Source: an uncultured Deferribacteres bacterium | GTDB lineage: Bacteria; Zhuqueibacterota; Zhuqueibacteria; Zhuqueibacterales; Geothermadaptataceae | NCBI GenBank assembly: GCA_964014485.1 | Contig: CAXHAT010000041.1 | Span: 1-45,924, forward strand | Direction: 5' to 3' | DNA: 45,924 bases | In this document: piece after piece, positions 17,206 to 25,195 of the stretch | Position numbering within the stretch: position 1 is the first letter of the stretch | Layout of the letters: every line of letters begins with the position of its first letter | Made by a program: the position numbers and the translations under genes | Notes under the pieces: generated by a model | The model's input: only the letters and a program-made list of their open reading frames with translations | What the model was told of the DNA's origin: nothing | Database searches by the model: none

Positions 17206-19770
17206 TTACTTAACCAGCAGCATGCGTTTCTGAATGATGTTCGAATTGGCGATGACTCTGTAGAAATATACGCCGGAAGCGGCTTGCAGGCCAGCGTCGT
17301 TTCTGGCATTCCAGGTGATTTCATGGAAGCCTGCGGGACGCTGTTCATCAAGCAATGTACGAACCTTAACACCGCGAATGTCGAAGATTTCCACTTTGAC
17401 ATTACCGGCTTCAGGCAGCGCGTACTTGATGTTCGTCGTCGGGTTAAACGGGTTCGGATAGTTTTGCGCAACCGTGAATTCCTTCGGCAGATTGCTCAAC
17501 ACGTCCGTAATCGCCTCGGCCTTGGTCTTGGCAGTGATGAAGACGTTCGAACGAATCTTGTATTTCTCAGCAGCGCCGTTCCAAACCGTAAAACCGTTCA
17601 CCAAAATTGTCCAGGTTCCTGCAACAGGGCTGGAAATAGACGAACGTTCCGGCGAACCAAGACCGGCGCCGTCGAAGTTGAAGTTGCCGTTCGGATCGAT
17701 CAAGATGATGTCGAGATCGTTGGTCGGCCAGTTGCCCCAGTGGCTGTCCCAGGTCAAGTAGAAGTCGAGATTGGAAAGACCTGCAGGAACGTCGAGTTCC
17801 CAGACGTCGAGCTCGCCTTCAGCAACATCGCCGCCGCCAATCGTTTCCGCAACCGGGGAGGTTTTGTCTTGATTAACATTGACGGTGATGCGAATTCTGC
17901 CGGCGTTGTCATCATCGCCGGAAGGCGTAATGCGCAGCAAGCCGAAATCAAGGTCTTCTTCCGGAATTGTAAACGACGCGCCGTTGCTCAAGCCAAAGAA
18001 CAAGTATTCGCCGAAATGCGTTTTCGAAGAAGTAACGGTGAAAAGCGCGCGATCGCCGAACAGTACGTTTTGATCAGCCGGAGCGTTTTCCTGTTCTACC
18101 GAAAACGAGATGGACACGCTCTGAATCGGATGCTCAATCTCGACGAAAATTTCATGGCCTTCGCCGGGGAGCAGCCAATCGGTCGTGTGGCTGAAGCTAG
18201 CGTCATCGTAAACGTCAAAACCTAAAGCTTCGACATTCTTCTTCACGCTCTTGTTCGACTTGCCTTTGTCGCTCGGATTTTTCTTGGAAGCGTTGAGTGC
18301 GCCGATCATGTCGACAAATCCACGTCCCATATCTTCGCGTTTGGAATTGTCATCCAAGGCGTACCGATCAGCGCCGTTCAGCAAAGCGCCGCGAATTTCG
18401 AGCGGTTTTGCGTGAGGCTTTGCGGAAAGGAGCAATGCCGCAGCACCCGCCGTATTTGGCGCGGAGAAAGACGTTCCGCTGACAAAGTTCAAACTTCCGG
18501 TGGGACCCTGAGCAAAAATACTGGCTCCCGGAGCGGCAATGTCCGGATCCCAGCGTCCGTCGGCGGTAGGCCCGCGAGAGCTGAATTCCGCAGTCTGATG
18601 AGCGTCCGTGGCGCGCCACAGTTCGCCAAAACCGGGGCCAAACTGAAGATCGCGAAGAATCTGCTCATACTCGGCGGGGCTTGTCGCGCCTGAAGTGATG
18701 GTATTTTTGGCCGTGCCTGGATCACCGCCCGTCATCGTTCCCGGGCCGTCGTTGCTTGCGGAGAAAACCGTCACAATCCCGGCTTTGGTGACTTCGGAAA
18801 TCATGCCGCCAAAAAACGGGTCTTTCCCAGAGTACAATGTGCCGCCGGAAAATGAGCCGTTCAAGACTTGAATGTTGACGCCGCTCGGATCGCCTGCGTC
18901 ATAAAGCGTTTTCAATTCGATAGCGCGATCAAAGGCTGCGAGAATAATACTGTTTGAAGTGGCGCTGTTGACGTTGAAAATTTTGAATGCATAAAATTCA
19001 GCCGACGGAGCAGGGCCAACCATTGGAATACCGTGAATGCCCGGAGCAAAAAAGTCCGGCAGGATGGCTTCCGGCAAGTAACGTTCGACGGCAGCCGTAA
19101 ACGATCCGGCGAAAAAGCCGAAAATAATGTTAGCGCCTGCGGTCGTAGCCACCCAGGTGCCGTGGGGATGGTTTGCAGAACTGGTTGCGCCGACGCCGTC
19201 TCCGGTGAAGTTTTCACCGCCGATCACACGACCGCTAATTGAACTGACTTCCGCTGTACCCGTATCCATGATGCCGATGATAACGTCTTCGCCGAAATGC
19301 CCTGTTTGATTCCAGAAATCGGAAGCGCCCATCAAGTCAACTTCCGTCGGGAAGTAACCTTCCGGAGCGGCTCCGCCTACATACTCGGCCAAGTCGCCGC
19401 TAACTTCACTCGCGCTAATTTCGTAGTTGAAGCTCGGGTTACCATAACTGGCTCCGCCGTCCAAATCTTTGCGAGGACTGTCCAGATAGCGGACCTGATC
19501 CTTCCGGAAAGCGGTAACTTCCGGCATTGATTGCAAAGTTTCAATTTGATCGCGAGGCACTGTGGCCGCGACGGCGTCGATATGCTTGTACTCCATACGA
19601 ACCGTCCCGTCGAGCGCTTCAATCTTGTCGATGACGCTGTCATAAGGTTTTTTGACAGCAATCAGAACATCCACGCGGTCATCGTTACTCGCAAAAGCCA
19701 AACCCGGCAAAAGCATAGCGCCAAGAACAACCGCTGCAAGGGTGGTTTTCCAAAACTTAACTTTTGACAT
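17206..19770 (-). CDS. Secreted S8 subtilisin-like peptidase with propeptide, PPC-like and FlgD-Ig C-terminal domains
   Basis: Triad IMDTG / HPHGT / SGTSFSAP; FSSRGPTADGR, PDIAAPG; C-terminal QNYPNPFNPTT...KRMLLVK. Confidence 0.92.
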   Translation of the reverse strand: MSKVKFWKTTLAAVVLGAMLLPGLAFASNDDRVDVLIAVKKPYDSVIDKIEALDGTVRMEYKHIDAVAATVPRDQIETLQSMPEVTAFRKDQVRYLDSPRKDLDGGASYGNPSFNYEISASEVSGDLAEYVGGAAPEGYFPTEVDLMGASDFWNQTGHFGEDVIIGIMDTGTAEVSSISGRVIGGENFTGDGVGATSSANHPHGTWVATTAGANIIFGFFAGSFTAAVERYLPEAILPDFFAPGIHGIPMVGPAPSAEFYAFKIFNVNSATSNSIILAAFDRAIELKTLYDAGDPSGVNIQVLNGSFSGGTLYSGKDPFFGGMISEVTKAGIVTVFSASNDGPGTMTGGDPGTAKNTITSGATSPAEYEQILRDLQFGPGFGELWRATDAHQTAEFSSRGPTADGRWDPDIAAPGASIFAQGPTGSLNFVSGTSFSAPNTAGAAALLLSAKPHAKPLEIRGALLNGADRYALDDNSKREDMGRGFVDMIGALNASKKNPSDKGKSNKSVKKNVEALGFDVYDDASFSHTTDWLLPGEGHEIFVEIEHPIQSVSISFSVEQENAPADQNVLFGDRALFTVTSSKTHFGEYLFFGLSNGASFTIPEEDLDFGLLRITPSGDDDNAGRIRITVNVNQDKTSPVAETIGGGDVAEGELDVWELDVPAGLSNLDFYLTWDSHWGNWPTNDLDIILIDPNGNFNFDGAGLGSPERSSISSPVAGTWTILVNGFTVWNGAAEKYKIRSNVFITAKTKAEAITDVLSNLPKEFTVAQNYPNPFNPTTNIKYALPEAGNVKVEIFDIRGVKVRTLLDEQRPAGFHEITWNARNDAGLQAASGVYFYRVIANSNIIQKRMLLVK

Positions 19771-20540
19771 AACATCTCCCTAAATTTTGCACAGCTCTGA
19801 CCGTCCTCTCAGAACTTAGCTTTCGATTCTTTGATTATTGTTAGCAAACTTTCCGGGCAGGTTCATAAAAAAAACCGAACGCTCCAATAACCTCCTTTAT
19901 TTTAGGTTCGGTCGCCTGACGTCATCTCGTTTTGAGTGATAAACGCATAATCGCCAAACATCGGTAAATTTCCCGACGCATCCCTGTTGAGTCCGAAAAC
20001 GGGGAAACGTCGAATCCCTGGAAACTTCCACATGTATCAGCAGCGCCTATCGTTTCACTCCACCCGGAATTGCATTTAAGTTAGAGCCGTTGCGCGGCCC
20101 TTTGGTCGTGACCACACAACATAAAACGCTGTATCGTAAAATCAAGTGAAGATGGCTTGGATCGCCGGTTGTTAAGATAACTTAAAATGTGCGTCATGCA
20201 GGAAAGCCGTCGTTCTATGAGGAAATCATCGGGCTGCTCAAAGTGGAGGTGAAACAACAGGGTTTTGAGCGTGTAGTTGCTGGCGTCGCCCGGTTAAATC
20301 GACGGTTCGCGGGAAGTCCGTCTCTTCCGCTATTGGTATTTTACTCTCGAAAGTTATTCTGTGCGGAAGCTGAATTCCAATCATCGTATTAAAGCTCGCT
20401 TTTTCCAAATCCATCACACAGAAATTACTTTCCATCTTGCCCGATTTGACTTATCTTTCGCGCTGTGAAACCTGGCCAATGGTCGATCTCGATAAATTAT
20501 ACCTGGCGTCACGCGATTTCTCCTGAAACGCACCTTTTAT

Positions 20541-20611
20541 GTCATTCCCGCGCAGGCGGGAATCCAGTCAATCGCGCACAGCCCCTGGATTCCCGCCTGC
20601 GTGGGAATGAC
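20541..20611. repeat. Family-A dRS3-like palindrome
   Basis: GTCATTCCCGCGCAGGCGGGAATCCAG ... CTGGATTCCCGCCTGCGTGGGAATGAC. Confidence 0.92.
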
Positions 20612-20729
20612 GTTGAAGATTAGTTTTGTATTTTTAGAGTCAGTGCGTAACAACAGGTGGTAATTTTGACCCAGGCATTCGCCAATTCTATTATTATTTG
20701 CCGTTACAAATTTCTGGAGGACGTTTTTT

Positions 20730-21512
20730 GTGAAAATTGCGATTCTATTAAAGCAAGCTCCGGTCAAAGACGCCACGCTCAAAATAGCCGGCGCCGGAAG
20801 CTGGATAGACGAAGGGGACGTTAGTTTTGAAATTAACGAAAGCGACCATTACGGTCTGGAAGAAGCGCTGCGCCTCAAAGAAAAGCACGGCGGCGAAGTC
20901 GTCGTTGTCACCATGGGGCCGGATCGCGTCAAGGAAGCGATCAAACAGGCGCTGGCAAAGGGCGCAGACCGCGCAATCCATATCAACAGCGACGAGTTTG
21001 ACAATCCCGACCCGACGATCCACGCTCGTATTCTCAGCGCCGCTATTCGCGAAGAAAATTTTGACTTGATTCTCTCAGGGCTGCAAAGCGATGACTACGG
21101 CTATGGTCAAACTGGCGTGCTTGTCGCCGAAATGCTCGGCGCGTCTCACGCCACTCTCGTCATGGAAACCGACGTGCAAGGCGACAAAATCAAAGTCAAA
21201 CGCGAATTGGAAAGCGGCTGGTTTCAAAACGTCACCATTCCGCTTCCCGCCGTTCTCACAATTCAGTCCGGTTTGAATCAAATTCGTTACGCCACGATCA
21301 AAGGCATTATGGCCGCGAAGCGCAAGCCGATCCAGGAAGTGACTTTCTCGGACTTGGGAATGAGTGATGACGAGGTCAATTCGGGCGGAGTACAACTACA
21401 CAAAATCTACATCCCGCAAAAAAGTAAGCAAACCGCCATACTCGAAGGCGACGCAAAAGAAATCGTCGCGACTTTGATTGATAAGTTGAAGAACGAAGCA
21501 AAAGTTTTATAA
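20730..21512 (+). CDS. etfB: Electron transfer flavoprotein beta subunit
   Basis: LKQAP, EEALRLKE, ALAKGADRAI, GLQSDDYGYGQTG, RELESG, RYATIKGIMAAK. Confidence 0.95.
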   Translation: MKIAILLKQAPVKDATLKIAGAGSWIDEGDVSFEINESDHYGLEEALRLKEKHGGEVVVVTMGPDRVKEAIKQALAKGADRAIHINSDEFDNPDPTIHARILSAAIREENFDLILSGLQSDDYGYGQTGVLVAEMLGASHATLVMETDVQGDKIKVKRELESGWFQNVTIPLPAVLTIQSGLNQIRYATIKGIMAAKRKPIQEVTFSDLGMSDDEVNSGGVQLHKIYIPQKSKQTAILEGDAKEIVATLIDKLKNEAKVL

Positions 21513-21525
21513 GCGGCTGTCTTCT

Positions 21526-21616
21526 TTGTCATTCTGAAAGAATCTTTTTGGTCGCAAGCCCAGAACTACTTGAACGACCGGAATCAAAGGCAAAATAGAT
21601 GCTTCCAGCATGACAA
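21526..21616. repeat. Family-B palindrome dimer between etfB and etfA
   Basis: TTGTCATTCTGAAAGAATCT ... AGATGCTTCCAGCATGACAA; the latter is the exact reverse complement of 23868-23887. Confidence 0.85.
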
Positions 21617-21664
21617 TAGGGCTGGTTGAAGATTCGAATTTAATAAAAACAGATAGGCAATAAA

Positions 21665-22648
21665 ATGGCAAACGGAATTCTTGTTGTCCTTGAACATAAT
21701 CACGGGAAAATCGGCAGATCATCCCGCGAAGCATTGGTTGCGGCGCAAAAAATCGGCGGCGAACTCGGCGAGGGCGTGTCAGCGATTGTACTGGCCAAAG
21801 ACGCGGACGCAATTGCTTCGCAAGTCAGCGAAACGAAGATCGATAAACTTTACACCGTCAGCGATGACAGGCTCGAAAACTACACGCCGGACGGCTACAC
21901 GCACGCGCTCACACAGACTATTGAGACCATTTCTCCGAACTATCTGTTTTTTGCTCACACCTACCAGGTGCGCGATTTTGCACCGAAATTGGCGGCAAAA
22001 TCCGGCGGTTCAATGATCAGCGATTGCGTTGGTCATCGCGTCGAAAACAGTCAGCTGATTCTGACGCGGCAGATTTTTGCGGGCAAATTCAACGCGGATT
22101 ATTCGTTCACAAGTGACGGCCTCAAGCTTGTCAGTTTTCAAGCGGGCGCGTTCAACGCCGATGATTTGGAACCCGGCTCAGCAACCGTCGAAAATCTACC
22201 CGTCGATTTTGGCGGCGTCGACATTCGCACGGAAGTGCTGGAAATCTTCCAGGGCGTAAAACAAGAAGTTGATCTGACGAAGGCGGAGGTGATTGTTTCG
22301 GCGGGACGCGGTTTGAAGGAAAAGGACAATCTGTACCTGGTCGAGGAATTAGCGGAGGCGCTGGGCGGTGAAGTTTCCGGCTCGCGCCCAGTATGCGACG
22401 ACGGCTGGATGGGCATTGATCGCCAAATCGGCTCATCTGGGCAAACGGTCGCGCCAAAGCTTTACCTTTCCCTCGGCATTTCCGGCGCGATTCAGCACGT
22501 CGTCGGCATGAAGAGTTCAAAATACATCGTGGCGATTAACAAAGACCCGCACGCACCCATTTTTGAACTCGCGGACGTAGCCGTCATTGCCGATCTCTTT
22601 GAAGTCGTGCCCGATTTGACCAAGGCGATTCAGGAAGCGAAGAACTGA
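21665..22648 (+). CDS. etfA: Electron transfer flavoprotein alpha subunit
   Basis: VIVSAGRG, SRPVCDDGW, QIGSSGQTVAPKLY, GISGAIQHVVGM, AINKDPHAPIF. Confidence 0.96.
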   Translation: MANGILVVLEHNHGKIGRSSREALVAAQKIGGELGEGVSAIVLAKDADAIASQVSETKIDKLYTVSDDRLENYTPDGYTHALTQTIETISPNYLFFAHTYQVRDFAPKLAAKSGGSMISDCVGHRVENSQLILTRQIFAGKFNADYSFTSDGLKLVSFQAGAFNADDLEPGSATVENLPVDFGGVDIRTEVLEIFQGVKQEVDLTKAEVIVSAGRGLKEKDNLYLVEELAEALGGEVSGSRPVCDDGWMGIDRQIGSSGQTVAPKLYLSLGISGAIQHVVGMKSSKYIVAINKDPHAPIFELADVAVIADLFEVVPDLTKAIQEAKN

Positions 22649-22683
22649 TTCACACATCGGAAAGAAATCGCATTGAGGAGAAA

Positions 22684-22806
22684 CAGGAGTGCAAGGCTTG
22701 CCTTGCTACACCGCCCCAAGTTTTTTCACACTACTAGTCTGGCGATGATGCGGACTTCACTTCACTTTTAGCGTCGGGCGAAAAGCAAAGCAAGCTTTGC
22801 ATTCCG
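22684..22806. repeat. GGAGTGC-type REP dimer (family D)
   Basis: CAGGAGTGCAAGGCTTGCCTTGCT ... AGCAAAGCAAGCTTTGCATTCCG. Confidence 0.8.
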
Positions 22807-22825
22807 TAATGCTCACCCAAAATGT

Positions 22826-22861
22826 AAAAAGCCTCGAAGCTTAACGCTTTCGAGGCTTTTT
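22826..22861. terminator. Bidirectional intrinsic terminator between convergent etfA and tonB
   Basis: AAAAAGCCTCGAA-loop-TTCGAGGCTTTTT. Confidence 0.85.
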
Positions 22862-22865
22862 GTTT

Positions 22866-23729
22866 TTATTTCATCACAAATCGAAATGTTATGACGCCCT
22901 GCTGATTTCGCTGCTCGGCGGTTGCGGGGAGAGTGTTGAATCGCCATTTTCGAAATGCTTCGAGCGCCACACGCTCGAGCATCGCGTCCCCCTTAATCAT
23001 CGGAACGGCGCGTGCGACCACGCCGCTGGGCAAGACGACAAAACTGATTTTGACCACCGATTCTCTCTGCCCGCTTCCAGGATGTTCCGGGACCACTTTG
23101 TAAAGCACCGATCGGTTGGAAGCCTCGCCTTCAATCTTGAACGGCGTTGCTATTTCGCGCCCCAAGTCTGGAACGTCGAGCGCGACGTCTTTGCCGCTTG
23201 TTGGAACGTCGTTTAGAGAAGTTTCTTCTTTAGCGAAAAGATCATCGTTGATTTGCGGCACGTCAAACTCTTGTTTTGCCCCGGAATCTTTACGCTCAAT
23301 GGGTGAAGCGGCTACGTCGTTGGCGCTAAAGTCAAGGTTCCGTTTTTTCTGAATCACCTCTTGCTCTTCAGTCCAGGTTCGGCGTTTCGGCAAGACAATG
23401 TTTTTCTTTGGCGGCTGCTCAACGGGCTTTTCAACTTTGGCGACTTCTTCTTTCTGCGGTTTAGGTTCCGGTTTGCGCACAGGCGCGCGTTGCGGCTGTT
23501 TCCGAGGCGTGCTTCGCTTGGGCGGCGTTTTCTTCACGGACATGAACTCCATCTCCACCCATTCCGGCACATCGTAACGCCAGCCAGTGTTAACCAGGGC
23601 GAAAATCACGATCAACAAAATGTGAAAAACAACTGAAAACGCCCAGGCTATTTTCTTGTTGTCACGCTCTTCTTCTTCCTGCGTGGGCGGCAGGATTTGC
23701 GGCGGTTCGTAGTGGTTATTTTCGTCCAT
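22866..23729 (-). CDS. tonB: TonB-family energy transducer
   Basis: TM helix with SVVFH motif, Pro/Lys-rich linker, TonB C-terminal domain (FVVLPSGVV...FRKWRF...GVITFRF). Confidence 0.85.
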   Translation of the reverse strand: MDENNHYEPPQILPPTQEEEERDNKKIAWAFSVVFHILLIVIFALVNTGWRYDVPEWVEMEFMSVKKTPPKRSTPRKQPQRAPVRKPEPKPQKEEVAKVEKPVEQPPKKNIVLPKRRTWTEEQEVIQKKRNLDFSANDVAASPIERKDSGAKQEFDVPQINDDLFAKEETSLNDVPTSGKDVALDVPDLGREIATPFKIEGEASNRSVLYKVVPEHPGSGQRESVVKISFVVLPSGVVARAVPMIKGDAMLERVALEAFRKWRFNTLPATAEQRNQQGVITFRFVMK

Positions 23730-23812
23730 GGATTTGTCCCGCTCTTTCGCTAAAAAATTCTGTATAAAATAACAAATTTATTTCAAGCCCGTCACTCAGT
23801 ATTAAAGCAACA

Positions 23813-24017
23813 TTCACTACCTGACACTTTTTATAGCAACTTTTCGAGCGTCTCAAAAAGTCCAAAATTGTCATGCTGGAAGCATCTTTTTAGACCTAAC
23901 CCTTGAATTCTTGGGGAAAATCTATGCCGGACGCTAACAAAGATTCTTACCGAATGACAATTCGAGGCCTTCTCGCCATGCCTAAACGGCAATTTGTAAA
24001 AAGTGTCAGGTAGAGAG
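23813..24017. mobile_element. ~205-bp MITE with terminal inverted repeats and target-site duplication, carrying nested palindromes
   Basis: Perfect 17-bp inverted repeat CTACCTGACACTTTTTA (23817-23833) / TAAAAAGTGTCAGGTAG (23997-24013); direct repeat AAAGCAACA(T) at 23804 and 24018; family-B dimer inside (23866-23962). Confidence 0.85.
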
Positions 24018-24033
24018 AAAGCAACATAAGACG

Positions 24034-24435
24034 TTACGCGCCTGGGTCGGTCGCGATCATAAACTTCGCGGCTCCGGCGAGTTTGGCAATATCAATCACT
24101 TCGACGGCGTCCTGCAATTTCACATTCTTGTCAGATCGAATCACCACCAATTTGTTTTTGTCGCTGGCCAACAATTGCCGCAGCTTGGCGCCGAGTTCAG
24201 TTTTCGCGATGAGTGATTGGTTCAGATAAACCTGATTTTTCGAGGTGACGGTAATCAAAATTTGTTTGGCCTCGTCCGGCGCGCCGGTGGCCGCTTCCGG
24301 TAAATTGACCTTAATCCCGGGCTGAACGATGAACGATGATGACAGCAAAAAGAAGATCAGCAGTAACAGGACGATGTCCGTCAGCGAAATCGCCGAAAAA
24401 GCGATGATGCGTTTTTTATTGGTTTGCAAACTCAC
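24034..24435 (-). CDS. exbD: ExbD/TolR biopolymer transport protein
   Basis: SLTDIVLLLLIFFLL TM with conserved Asp, IKVNLPEA, VIRSDK. Confidence 0.92.
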   Translation of the reverse strand: MSLQTNKKRIIAFSAISLTDIVLLLLIFFLLSSSFIVQPGIKVNLPEAATGAPDEAKQILITVTSKNQVYLNQSLIAKTELGAKLRQLLASDKNKLVVIRSDKNVKLQDAVEVIDIAKLAGAAKFMIATDPGA

Positions 24436-25060
24436 GTCGTCCCGATCCCGTTTCGTTCAGAATTGAGCTCATCAATTCCGTCGAAACTTCTTCCATTTCA
24501 AAAACGATTTTCTCGATTTTTCCTTGCACGTAGTTGTAAGCGATCAATGAAATGATACCTACCGCCAAGCCTGCCGCAGTGGTCAAGAGCGCTTCCCAGA
24601 TGCCGCCCGCCAGCACGGAAGCATCGACATTGCCGCCGTGTGATTGAATTTGCATGAAGGCGGTGATCATCCCGGTGACCGTACCAAAAAAACCTAGCAT
24701 TGGCGCCACGGAGGCGATGGTTCCCAACGCGCCCAGATTTTTTTCAAGGTTATAAATTTCTGCTTTGCCAACCGAATCGATCGCTTCTTTAATTTCCAAT
24801 CTTGGACGATTGAGATTCTCAATCCCAATTCGCGTCATGCGCGAGATGGGCCCGGCCGTCTTTTTACACAAAACAATTGCGTCTTCCATTTCATTGCGTA
24901 AAAGCAGGTTCCGCACCTGCAGCACAAATGTCCGCGTGTTGATCTGAACCTTGCGCAAAGCAAGAATTCGCTCAACAAAAATATAGAGTGCAACAATACT
25001 GGCGAGATAGATGGGGATCATCAAGTACCCGCCTTTGACGAGAATATCCAATAATTGCAT
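24416..25060 (-). CDS. exbB: ExbB/TolQ/MotA proton channel protein
   Basis: LGTIASVAPMLGFFGTVTGMI, GIWEALLTTAAGL; GGAGG RBS before ATG 25060. Confidence 0.93.
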   Translation of the reverse strand: MQLLDILVKGGYLMIPIYLASIVALYIFVERILALRKVQINTRTFVLQVRNLLLRNEMEDAIVLCKKTAGPISRMTRIGIENLNRPRLEIKEAIDSVGKAEIYNLEKNLGALGTIASVAPMLGFFGTVTGMITAFMQIQSHGGNVDASVLAGGIWEALLTTAAGLAVGIISLIAYNYVQGKIEKIVFEMEEVSTELMSSILNETGSGRREFANQ

Positions 25061-25097
25061 TAAGCCTCCGGGGAATTTTAGTCTCAATCAGAAATCG

Positions 25098-25174
25098 TTC
25101 GTGTCATTCAGCATGAATCCATTTTGTAAATTTCAAAGGGATATGCAAAATAGATTCTTCCTGAATGACATGAA
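25098..25174. repeat. Family-B palindrome dimer
   Basis: TTCGTGTCATTCAGCATGAATCC ... AGATTCTTCCTGAATGACATGAA. Confidence 0.75.
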
Positions 25175-25195
25175 TACAGGATCACTAAATCGTTT

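Noticed and set aside
17203..18225. 340-aa plus-strand ORF
   Set aside because: Antisense shadow of the S8 peptidase.
20537..20782. 81-aa ORF ending VIPTQAGIQ...WIPACAGMT
   Set aside because: Merely a translation of the family-A palindrome, and it overlaps etfB antisense.
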